From positions 4,081 to 68,080 of the forward strand of contig CANNGF010000004.1 in assembly GCA_947504155.1 (NCBI GenBank): a stretch of 64,000 nucleotides of DNA. The letters are read 5' to 3'. The first letter of the stretch is position 1, and every line of letters begins with the position of its first letter. The notes beneath the pieces were generated by a model, which was given only the letters and a program-made list of their open reading frames with translations, was not told where the DNA came from and searched no databases. Shown here piece by piece: positions 8,590 through 16,588 of this stretch. The position numbers and the translations under genes are program-made. This stretch comes from an uncultured Erythrobacter sp. (GTDB lineage Bacteria; Pseudomonadota; Alphaproteobacteria; Sphingomonadales; Sphingomonadaceae).

Positions 8590-8652
8590 GTTTGGGGACA
8601 AACCTACCCGACCGCTGAGAGGACCGCCTATTTTCAATGACTTAGATGGAAT

Positions 8653-8729
8653 TGGTCGGGGAGAGAGGATTCGAACCTCCGGCCCCTGCCTCCCGAAGAC
8701 AGTGCTCTACCAGGCTGAGCTACTCCCCG
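8653..8729 (-). tRNA. tRNA-Pro (anticodon CGG)
   Basis: CGGGGAGTAGCTCAGCCTGGTAGAGCA-CTGTC-TTCGGGA-GGCAG...GTTCGAATC...CTCCCCGACCA; 77 nt, CCA encoded. Confidence 0.97.
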
Positions 8730-8774
8730 ACCGGATGCGTGGCGGAGGTGATCCCTCCGCGAGGCAGAGGCGGC

Positions 8775-8803
8775 CCTATAGGTGTGGATTGTCTAACACG
8801 CAA
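8775..8803 (-). promoter_or_regulatory. Putative sigma70 promoter of tRNA-Pro
   Basis: TTGCGT-N17-TATAGG on the minus strand, about 45 bp upstream of the tRNA. Confidence 0.6.
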
Positions 8804-8858
8804 GCGCGCTTTTGCAGGTTTTTGCACCTAATACCGATGCTCGTTGAACGAGTACTCT

Positions 8859-9806
8859 ATGACCTCCGAAAAACCTCATTTCGAACAGCAATATCTCGAT
8901 CTCATGCGGCAGATCTGGCTCGAGGGTGACGAGCGGCTGGACCGTACCGATGTAGGTACGAGGTCGATTTTCGGTGCGACATTGCGGTTTGACCTCGCCG
9001 AGGGGGCTATGCCGCTGATCACGACGAAGAGAGTATACTGGAAAACTGCCACTCGCGAATTGCTGTGGTTCCTTACCGGTAACACCAATATCCGTCCGTT
9101 GGTCTTGCAGGGGGTGAAAATCTGGAACGAATGGCCGCACGCGCGCTATGTCGAGCAGTCTGGCGATAAAATTACTCTCGACCAATTTGTGATGCGAATA
9201 GCTGATGATGAAGCGTTTGCCGCAAAATGGGGCGATCTGGGTCCGGTGTATGGCAAGCAATGGGTCGATTGGCCGACCTATGACCCGGTCGAAGGAGGGC
9301 TTTTTCGCAGAGGTCGCGGTATCAATCAGGTTGCCGAGGTAATTGAATCCCTGCGTTCAAATCCCGGCAGTCGTCGTCATATAATCGAGGGCTGGAACGT
9401 AGCAGATGTCCCCCGCATGGCCCTTCCGCCCTGCCACAAAACCTATCAATATCATGTGTCGACCTGTCTGGATGGAAAGCCCTATCTCAACGGTATTCTC
9501 TATCAGCGAAGTTGCGATGTCGCTCTGGGCCTGCCGTTCAATCTCTGGTCGGGCGCACTTTTATTGAGAATGATTGCGCAACAAGTAGATATGCAGCCTG
9601 GGGAGTTTGTGTGGATGGGCGGTGATACGCACCTTTATCTCAATCACGAGCATTTGGTGACGGAGCAGCTTTCCAGAGAACCACGCGGCCTTCCAGCGCT
9701 CGAAATCACCCGGCAGCCGGAAACGATATTCGACTATCGGATAGAAGATTTCGCGGTGAAGGATTATACCCCACACGAACCTATCAAGGCTCCGGTTGCG
9801 GTCTGA
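8859..9806 (+). CDS. thyA: Thymidylate synthase
   Basis: DRTDVGT, RMALPPCH (catalytic Cys), YQRSCD, GLPFN and GDTHLY motifs. Confidence 0.97.
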   Translation: MTSEKPHFEQQYLDLMRQIWLEGDERLDRTDVGTRSIFGATLRFDLAEGAMPLITTKRVYWKTATRELLWFLTGNTNIRPLVLQGVKIWNEWPHARYVEQSGDKITLDQFVMRIADDEAFAAKWGDLGPVYGKQWVDWPTYDPVEGGLFRRGRGINQVAEVIESLRSNPGSRRHIIEGWNVADVPRMALPPCHKTYQYHVSTCLDGKPYLNGILYQRSCDVALGLPFNLWSGALLLRMIAQQVDMQPGEFVWMGGDTHLYLNHEHLVTEQLSREPRGLPALEITRQPETIFDYRIEDFAVKDYTPHEPIKAPVAV

Positions 9807-9896
9807 CATGTGCGCGTCGATGGCATCACTTGACCGTTCTTGGCTTGTGAAATAAAATATCGCCGAAGAGTAAGATTGCGTCTGGGAGACGATTCT

Positions 9897-11216
9897 ATGG
9901 CCGATAGGCCTCAAGACGGAGTTGCTGGCGCCGGAGACAACCGGCCCCGGCTCTCGCTACACGTACCTGAACCGAAATTTCGGCCCGGCGACACGGTCGA
10001 TTTTTCGCACATCGAAGTCCCTGAAGCGGGCGCGCAGTCGCGGCCCGATGAAACCAGCGATCCCAAGGATATGCTGGATTTCGCGCATGGTCTGATCCGG
10101 GTGCTGGGCGAGGATAACAAGGCGCATGGCCCCTGGGATCCAAAGCTCGATCCCGAAACACTTCGCAGCATGTTGGGCCACATGGCCATGACGCGCGCGT
10201 TCGACGAGCGCATGTTCCGCGGGCAACGCCAGGGCAAAACGTCATTCTATATGAAATGCACTGGCGAAGAGGCTACCAGTGTATCGGCGAGTATGGCTTT
10301 GGCGGCGGACGATATGGTGTTCCCCAGCTATCGCCAGCAGGGCATTTTGATCCAGCGCGGCTATCCGATGATCGAGATGATCAATCAGATCTACTCGAAC
10401 CGTGGTGACAAGCTGAAGGGCCGCCAGTTGCCGATCATGTACTCTAGCAAGGAGCACAGCTTTTTCTCCATCTCGGGCAACCTCGCAACGCAGACTCCGC
10501 AAGCTGTCGGCTGGGCGATGGCTTCCGCGATTAAGGGCGATAGCCGGATCGCGGCAACCTGGGTGGGCGAGGGCAGCACGGCGGAAGGCGACTTTCATTC
10601 GGCCTGCCTGTTCGCAACTGTTTATAACGCGCCGGTCATCCTGAATGTAGTGAACAACCAGTGGGCGATTTCCAGCTTCAGCGGTTTTGCCGGCGCAGAA
10701 CGTGCGACCTTCGCAGCTCGCGGCGTAGGATACGGCATCGCATCATTGCGCGTTGACGGGAATGATCCGCTGGCATGCTACGCCGCCGAGCAATGGGCTG
10801 CCAATCGCGCCCGTGCCAATGCGGGGCCGACCCTGATCGAGTTCTTCTCCTATCGAGCCGAAGGACACTCTACCTCCGATGATCCATCAGGATATCGCAG
10901 CGCGCAGGAGCGTGAAGAGTGGCCACTGGGTGATCCGGTCATGCGCCTGAAAAATCATCTCATCGAAATAGAGGAATGGGACGAAGAGCGGCAGGAGAAG
11001 ATGGACCTCGAGGCTGCCGAGCACGTCAAAAAGACTACCAAGGAAGCCGAAGCCAACGGCATTCTCGGCCACGGTCTCCATCATCCCTTCCGCACCATGT
11101 TCGAAGACGTGTTCGAAGAATTGCCCTGGCACCTCAAGGAACAGGCTGAGCAAGCGATCCACGAGCGCGAGACGAAGTTTCCCGAAGGGCTTCCTAACGA
11201 AGGGAAGGGCGCATGA
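9897..11216 (+). CDS. bkdA1: Branched-chain 2-oxo acid dehydrogenase E1 alpha
   Basis: QRQGKTSFY, TPP-binding GEGSTAEG...NN and GHSTSDDP motifs. Confidence 0.93.
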   Translation: MADRPQDGVAGAGDNRPRLSLHVPEPKFRPGDTVDFSHIEVPEAGAQSRPDETSDPKDMLDFAHGLIRVLGEDNKAHGPWDPKLDPETLRSMLGHMAMTRAFDERMFRGQRQGKTSFYMKCTGEEATSVSASMALAADDMVFPSYRQQGILIQRGYPMIEMINQIYSNRGDKLKGRQLPIMYSSKEHSFFSISGNLATQTPQAVGWAMASAIKGDSRIAATWVGEGSTAEGDFHSACLFATVYNAPVILNVVNNQWAISSFSGFAGAERATFAARGVGYGIASLRVDGNDPLACYAAEQWAANRARANAGPTLIEFFSYRAEGHSTSDDPSGYRSAQEREEWPLGDPVMRLKNHLIEIEEWDEERQEKMDLEAAEHVKKTTKEAEANGILGHGLHHPFRTMFEDVFEELPWHLKEQAEQAIHERETKFPEGLPNEGKGA

Positions 11217-12274
11217 GCGACACCCAAACTAAAATTGCGCCCGAGAACGACGTGAAGGCCGAGCGGCGGCTCAATATGATCGAGGCGATCAACGACGCGC
11301 TGGATGTGTCGATGAACCGCGATGAAAACATCGTCATCATGGGCGAGGATGTGGGCTATTTTGGCGGCGTTTTTCGGTGCACAGCTGGCCTGCAAGAGAA
11401 ATATGGCAAGACCCGTGTATTTGATACGCCGATTTCCGAGTGTGGAATCATTGCTGCCGCAGTCGGGATGGGGGCTTATGGTCTGCGTCCCGTCCCGGAA
11501 ATCCAGTTCGCTGACTACATCTATCCCGGTCTTGACCAGCTAATCTCCGAAGCTGCGCGTTTGCGCTATCGTTCGGCGGCCGAATTTACCGCGCCAGTTA
11601 CGGTACGCAGCCCGTTCGGCGGCGGCATCTTCGGTGGCCAGACGCACAGCCAGAGTCCCGAAGCGATCTTTGCGCATGTCTCCGGCCTCAAGACTGTCAT
11701 TCCGGCAACGCCTTATGATGCCAAAGGGCTGCTGATTAGCGCGATCGAAGACAACGATCCGGTCATCTTCTTCGAGCCAAAGAGAATTTATAACGGCCCA
11801 TTTTCTGGCTATTACGACAAACCGGTCGAGCCGTGGAAGCGCTTCGACGAGAGCGTCGTGCCGGAGGGTCACTACAAGATACCGCTGGGCAAGGCGCGCC
11901 ATGCGACTGAGGGCGAAGAACTCACTATCCTCGCCTATGGGACTATGGTGCACGTGGTTGAGGCGGTTTGCCGCGAGAAAGGCGTTGAAGCCGACATTGT
12001 CGACCTGCGCACCATCGTCCCGGTAGATATTGAGACGATCGAGAAATCGGTCAAGAAGACCGGGCGCTGCCTTATCGTACACGAAGCGACCCGTACGGCT
12101 GGCTTCGGTGCAGAACTGTCGGCGCTCGTTACCGAACGTTGTTTTTATCATCTCGAAGCGCCGGTCGAACGCGTGACCGGTTTCGACACCCCCTATCCCC
12201 ACAGCCTCGAATGGGCCTATTTCCCAGGCCCGATCCGCATCGGCGAGGCCCTCGACAAGATCCTGAGCGAGTAA
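11213..12274 (+). CDS. bkdA2: Branched-chain 2-oxo acid dehydrogenase E1 beta
   Basis: GEDVG, DTPISE, EIQFADY and HSQSPE motifs; ATGA overlap with E1 alpha. Confidence 0.93.
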   Translation: MSDTQTKIAPENDVKAERRLNMIEAINDALDVSMNRDENIVIMGEDVGYFGGVFRCTAGLQEKYGKTRVFDTPISECGIIAAAVGMGAYGLRPVPEIQFADYIYPGLDQLISEAARLRYRSAAEFTAPVTVRSPFGGGIFGGQTHSQSPEAIFAHVSGLKTVIPATPYDAKGLLISAIEDNDPVIFFEPKRIYNGPFSGYYDKPVEPWKRFDESVVPEGHYKIPLGKARHATEGEELTILAYGTMVHVVEAVCREKGVEADIVDLRTIVPVDIETIEKSVKKTGRCLIVHEATRTAGFGAELSALVTERCFYHLEAPVERVTGFDTPYPHSLEWAYFPGPIRIGEALDKILSE

Positions 12275-12279
12275 ACGAC

Positions 12280-13593
12280 ATGGCGAAATTTGTATTCAAC
12301 ATGCCGGACATCGGCGAAGGTATTGCCGAAGCGGAAATCGTCCAGTGGCACAAGAAAGTCGGCGACACGGTCCGTGAAGACGAGGAATTCGTTGACATGA
12401 TGACCGACAAAGCGACGGTGCCCATGGAAAGCCCCGTGGACGGCAAGATCCTGGAGATCGCCGGCGAGGAAGGCGACATGGTTTCCATCGGATCGATGCT
12501 GGTGGTGATTGAGGTCGAGGGGGACATACCCGACGACGTGGCAGAAGAAAACGATGCCGCGACCGAAACTGCTGCAGCTCCCGCTCCCAAGGCGGACGAG
12601 GCGGAGGAGCGGATTGAGGTAGAGAATTCGGATCCCAGCGATGTTGACGATGCGATGGCTGCCGATCCAACCCCGCCGCCTGCGCCAACTCCTGCACCTG
12701 CCCCCGAACCGGCTGCGGCTCCTTCGGCGAAGGTTCTCGCTTCTCCGGCCGTGCGTAAGCGCGCCAAGGAACTTGGTGTCGATCTTGCGCAGGTGAAACC
12801 GGCCGAGGACGGCCGTGTTCGTCATGGCGATCTCGATCAGTTTCTGTCTTATAATTCGGGCTATGGCGCTGCTGCCAAAACCCGCGAAGACGAGGAAAAG
12901 AAGGTTATCGGCATGCGTCGCCGCATTGCTGAGAACATGGCCGCTTCCAAGCGCAATATTCCGCATTTTTCCTATGTGGAGGAATGCGATGTTACTGAGC
13001 TCGAGGTCTTGCGGGCGCAGCTAAACGATGCGCGCGGCGATAAGCCGAAACTGACGATACTTCCGCTGCTTATTACAGCCATCTGTAAGACGCTGCCTGA
13101 CTTCCCCATGATCAACGCTCGTTATGATGATGAGGCCGGCGTGGTTACCCGCCATGGCTCGGTGAACATGGGTATGGCCGCCCAGACCGATGCCGGCCTG
13201 ATGGTGCCAGTTATCAAGAATGCCCATGCCAAAAACCTCTGGCAGCTTGCCAACGAGATCTCGCGGTTGGCCGATGCCGCGCGCAATGGCACGGCGAAGA
13301 AAGACGAGATGGAAGGCGGCACGCTGACTGTCACGTCTCTCGGCCCTCTCGGAGGTGTTGCAACCACTCCCGTGATCAACCGTCCGGAAGTGGCGATCAT
13401 CGGCCCGAACCGGATCATTGAACGGCCCATGTATGTAACAGGCCCTGACGGTGTGGAGCGGATCGAGAAGCGAAAGCTGATGAATATCTCGATCAGCTGC
13501 GATCACAGGGTCGTCGACGGCTGGGACGCAGCAAGCTTCGTCCAAGCTCTGAAGCACTTGCTGGAGAAACCCGCACTTATTCTCATCGATTGA
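12280..13593 (+). CDS. bkdB: Dihydrolipoamide acyltransferase E2
   Basis: Lipoyl domain TDKA, Pro/Ala linker, ASPAVRK binding domain, catalytic DHRVVDG. Confidence 0.93.
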   Translation: MAKFVFNMPDIGEGIAEAEIVQWHKKVGDTVREDEEFVDMMTDKATVPMESPVDGKILEIAGEEGDMVSIGSMLVVIEVEGDIPDDVAEENDAATETAAAPAPKADEAEERIEVENSDPSDVDDAMAADPTPPPAPTPAPAPEPAAAPSAKVLASPAVRKRAKELGVDLAQVKPAEDGRVRHGDLDQFLSYNSGYGAAAKTREDEEKKVIGMRRRIAENMAASKRNIPHFSYVEECDVTELEVLRAQLNDARGDKPKLTILPLLITAICKTLPDFPMINARYDDEAGVVTRHGSVNMGMAAQTDAGLMVPVIKNAHAKNLWQLANEISRLADAARNGTAKKDEMEGGTLTVTSLGPLGGVATTPVINRPEVAIIGPNRIIERPMYVTGPDGVERIEKRKLMNISISCDHRVVDGWDAASFVQALKHLLEKPALILID

Positions 13594-13612
13594 GCGATAT
13601 GACCGCGTACGT

Positions 13613-13638
13613 AACTCCCGCTTCGGCGGGAGTTTTTT
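13613..13638 (+). terminator. Rho-independent terminator of the bkd operon
   Basis: AACTCCCGC-TTCG-GCGGGAGTT followed by a T tract. Confidence 0.85.
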
Positions 13639-13884
13639 ATTGAAGCTGATGCATTCTTTCGGATTGCAACAGCTTTTTCGTAGCGCCTCATCGAGTTCCT
13701 TGAGGTTGGTTCGGCTAAACTTAAGGTTCGTGCCTTTTGTAATCGCCATTCGGTGGCAAAAAATCTGCTGCCGGTACTCCTGCTGCCGGGCGCTGGAAAG
13801 CTATCATCTTGGCCAATATAAGACCTAATTTCAGTGGGTTAGGCGGGGCTGAAAAAAAGTCTGAAATAATGCTCGGAAATAGCG

Positions 13885-13912
13885 TTGACAGGAATCAGAG
13901 GCTCCACTAGAT
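13885..13912 (+). promoter_or_regulatory. Putative sigma70 promoter of tRNA-Asp
   Basis: TTGACA at 13885-13890 and CTAGAT at 13907-13912. Confidence 0.6.
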
Positions 13913-13947
13913 GCGCGGCTCCCAAGGGGCGCTGCAGCGTAGAATGC

Positions 13948-14024
13948 GCGGGTGTAGCTCAGTTGGTTAGAGTATCGGCCTGTCACGCCGAGGGTCGCGG
14001 GTTCGAGTCCCGTCACTCGCGCCA
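13948..14024 (+). tRNA. tRNA-Asp (anticodon GTC)
   Basis: GCGGGTG acceptor, TCGGC-CTGTCAC-GCCGA anticodon arm, GTTCGAGTC T-loop, ends GCCA. Confidence 0.97.
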
Positions 14025-14039
14025 CCTTGGGATATTTTC

Positions 14040-14822
14040 TTACTTTTGATGTTTGTCGCAGAAGTAGGCGGTTCGTCCGCCTACCTTCTTGTTGCGTATC
14101 GTCCCGCCGCAACGCCGACACTCTGCGCCGTCCTTACGATGTCTGATAAGCCAATCGTCCGGCAGATCTTTATAGTGCGCCTCGACCTTTACGACGCCTT
14201 TCAGCACCGTCTGCATGATGTCGAAAATCTTGGTGAGCTTTTCCTTACCCAGTTGATCAGCACGCACCTCTGGATGAAATCCTGATTGGAAGAGAGTTTC
14301 GTCCGACCACAGGTTGCCCACGCCGGCCATCTTGTCCTGCTTCAAGAGGGCGGCTTTGATCGCGCTGCGCGTTTTGCCAAACGTCTCGACGAACTGATCC
14401 TCAGTGATGGATAGCGCGTCCGGTCCCAGCTCTTCCTGCTCAATATAGCTGTCAGGGTCGTCGATAACCCGCACATGACCGAGTTTACGAGGACAGCGAA
14501 AAGCGAGCCGGCGATCGCCTTTGAAGCGGATCAATAGCTTCGTGTGGTCGGGCGGATCATCGGGTGCATCGTATGGAATTAGCCGACCAGTCATGCCCAG
14601 ATGCACTGTCATCCACGGTCCGGTCTTGGAGCCTGCGAAAATATTCTTCCCGTGCCGCCGCGTCTCGGTAAATTGGTGACCGATCAGCCTGGCTCTCTCG
14701 TTGTCGCCGGGCAGTTCAATATACGAAATATTGTCATCAAGTTCGACCGCCTCAATCGTGCGGTTCAGGCATTCGCGTTCGAGTGCCAAGCGTTGCGCTT
14801 CGTTTTCAGGTAATTCCGGCAT
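14040..14822 (-). CDS. Fpg/Nei family DNA glycosylase
   Basis: N-terminal MPELPE, HLGMTG, H2TH motif AGVGNLWSDE, C-terminal zinc finger CRRC...C. Confidence 0.9.
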   Translation of the reverse strand: MPELPENEAQRLALERECLNRTIEAVELDDNISYIELPGDNERARLIGHQFTETRRHGKNIFAGSKTGPWMTVHLGMTGRLIPYDAPDDPPDHTKLLIRFKGDRRLAFRCPRKLGHVRVIDDPDSYIEQEELGPDALSITEDQFVETFGKTRSAIKAALLKQDKMAGVGNLWSDETLFQSGFHPEVRADQLGKEKLTKIFDIMQTVLKGVVKVEAHYKDLPDDWLIRHRKDGAECRRCGGTIRNKKVGGRTAYFCDKHQK

Positions 14823-14848
14823 GGTGCCTAAACGGCATCAATACCTGC

Positions 14849-15076
14849 TCAGTTCCGCTCACGCCAGTGGCCGGTTTCCATCCACTTCAGGAACCGCCCG
14901 AGGGGAAGAAGCCAGATAAGCCCCAAGGCAACGTAGACGACAGTCTGCGCCAATGCTGGCCAACTACCGATCAGGTCCGGCAAGTAGCGCGCAATCACAA
15001 TGCCATAGACGATCAGGACCATCAGCAGGCCCAGCAGCCCCACCGGAATACGCCACGTTGGTTCGGTTCTCATCAA
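14849..15076 (-). CDS. DUF2842-like small membrane protein
   Basis: 75 aa, two TM segments, EPTWRIP start and WLLPL...WMETG end; GTGA/ATGA-type overlap with the upstream gene. Confidence 0.7.
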   Translation of the reverse strand: MMRTEPTWRIPVGLLGLLMVLIVYGIVIARYLPDLIGSWPALAQTVVYVALGLIWLLPLGRFLKWMETGHWRERN

Positions 15077-15642
15077 AATGGTCCGTAGAGACGAGTAGGA
15101 GTCACAACCGCCCAGAGTCGCTGATCGTGTGCTTCCATTGGAAGTTCATCGGCCAGCTGGCAATCCCACGCCATTCCGATTGCCTTTGCGTCTTCATGCG
15201 AGGCCAGCCAGCGATCGTAATGGCCGCCCCCTTGGCCAAGGCGCTGGCCGTTTTCGGTAAAGCCAAGAAGTGGCACGAAGAGGAAGTCGGGCTGCAAAAC
15301 CGGCGCATCGGCAAAAGGCTGGAGAAGGCCGAAGGGGCCGACTTCGAGATCTTCTTCATCGAATGGATCGGAATGCCTGGCAAACTCCATCGGCGCATTC
15401 TTCTTATGGAAGCGAGGCAGAGCGACCTCATGACCGCGTTCGAGAAAAAATTTCGCGTAGGACGTCGCCGGAGCTTCGAAGGGATTGGCGCGATAGAGCC
15501 CAATCACCGCGTCTTGGCCTATGATATCGAGCAACGAACCCGGCGGCCTGTGAAATACGAGCGCACGCATCGTATCCGGTAAGCTGGCGACATGATCACG
15601 GCGTCGCTGGCGTAGTTGTTTACGAAGTTCGTCTTTGGTCAC
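15073..15642 (-). CDS. ygfA: 5-formyltetrahydrofolate cyclo-ligase
   Basis: KDELR start; FVPLLGF and RLGQGGGHYDR motifs. Confidence 0.92.
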   Translation of the reverse strand: MTKDELRKQLRQRRRDHVASLPDTMRALVFHRPPGSLLDIIGQDAVIGLYRANPFEAPATSYAKFFLERGHEVALPRFHKKNAPMEFARHSDPFDEEDLEVGPFGLLQPFADAPVLQPDFLFVPLLGFTENGQRLGQGGGHYDRWLASHEDAKAIGMAWDCQLADELPMEAHDQRLWAVVTPTRLYGPF

Positions 15643-15721
15643 GCGGTGCCTTTATCGAACAAGATGTCGCTATCTCGCCATATCGCAGTCAGAGTTGGGC
15701 GATAGCGCAGCAAAAAAGTGA

Positions 15722-15894
15722 CGGGACCACCATGGGTCGGTGCCGGAAAATCCTCTGACGCCTTCACGTCAGGTGGGCGCCGTATATCCAGATCGCCAGG
15801 ACGAACCCGCCAATCCGGTAGGGACAGCTCCCTAGGATTGCTTATAGCCTCAGGGATGTTCATGCGGCTCGTGCCGGGCAGCCCCGCCGATCCC
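15722..15894 (-). ncRNA. ssrS: 6S RNA (approximate ends)
   Basis: Canonical position between zapA and ygfA. The 5' GGGAUCGGCGGGG can pair with the 3' CCGACC...GGUCCC, giving a long rod with a central bubble. Confidence 0.75.
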
Positions 15895-15912
15895 TATCTA
15901 GGGTTGCTGTCG

Positions 15913-16227
15913 TCAGCCCTCAAGTCTCGACGCTGCATTTTCCAGCGCAGCGGCCAGCGCTTCCAGTTTATCGGCTATTGCGGTGGTATCGATTTGGACC
16001 GCGGGCGGGGGAGGAGCCGCAGTACGCTTATTGGCTTCATCCAGTTCATCAGCGAGCAGGATAGCCGCGAACAACAGGTTCTTCGCTTCGTTGTTGGAGA
16101 GGTTCGTCCCCATCTGGGCGAGCTTCCCATCGACCATGCTTGCGAGATGACGCACGCTGTCTTCCTGGCCGTCGGCGCAGGCAATCGTGTATCGGCGTCC
16201 GCCGACTTCGAGCCGGACGTCGCTCAT
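15913..16227 (-). CDS. zapA: Cell division protein ZapA
   Basis: VGGRRYTIACADGQE...LLFAAILLADEL; start MSDVRL at 16227. Confidence 0.88.
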   Translation of the reverse strand: MSDVRLEVGGRRYTIACADGQEDSVRHLASMVDGKLAQMGTNLSNNEAKNLLFAAILLADELDEANKRTAAPPPPAVQIDTTAIADKLEALAAALENAASRLEG

Positions 16228-16406
16228 CCTTCCAGGCTTTCGATTAAGCCGTCGAGCTGTGAAAGGCTGGCCGACACCCGCGCCTTCAGCTTCTCGTGAG
16301 AAGCGGTGAGATCGCCCGACCCGCGTGCCCGGGCTGTTTGTACCTCGATCCGGATGAGCGCTCTTTCGATCCTGTCGATAGCGCCATTGATGCGTTGCTC
16401 GCTCAT
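16224..16406 (-). CDS. Small coiled-coil protein upstream of zapA (ZapB-like/DUF4164-like)
   Basis: 60 aa helical heptads; ATGA overlap with zapA. Confidence 0.65.
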   Translation of the reverse strand: MSEQRINGAIDRIERALIRIEVQTARARGSGDLTASHEKLKARVSASLSQLDGLIESLEG

Positions 16407-16588
16407 GGTGAGCCCGAATTAACGATATTGACGCGCCTTGGCAAAGGCTTGGCAGCTCCTGTTGATAAATTACGCCAGCCACCGCAGGCAACCTATACCA
16501 AAGGCCTTCGGGTTGACCTGCAGCACCCCTTTCGCGATGGGTGCGCGCGCATCGAATCGCCCACATATTTTGCCGGAGAAACTACCTC

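Larger units (their letters stand above)
1..8652. mobile_element. Right end of a tRNA-Pro-anchored integrative element / defence island; left end lies outside the window
   Basis: Tyrosine integrase starts 100 bp downstream of the tRNA-Pro CCA end. Accessory cargo (Hachiman, SMR exporter, unknown ORFs) follows. Core thyA/bkd genes resume on the other side of the tRNA. I saw no duplicate of the tRNA 3' end in 1-8650. Confidence 0.85.

Noticed and set aside
8554-8637. N-terminal extension of the integrase ORF in the track
   Set aside because: It starts at a non-ATG codon, and an ATG with a GGAG RBS at 8553 gives a typical N-terminus.
12540-12730. Quasi-repetitive CCNGCN sequence in bkdB
   Set aside because: Ordinary Pro/Ala-rich linker of E2 subunits.
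9897-13593. bkd operon lacking an E3 gene as a defect
   Set aside because: Dihydrolipoamide dehydrogenase is commonly shared and encoded elsewhere.
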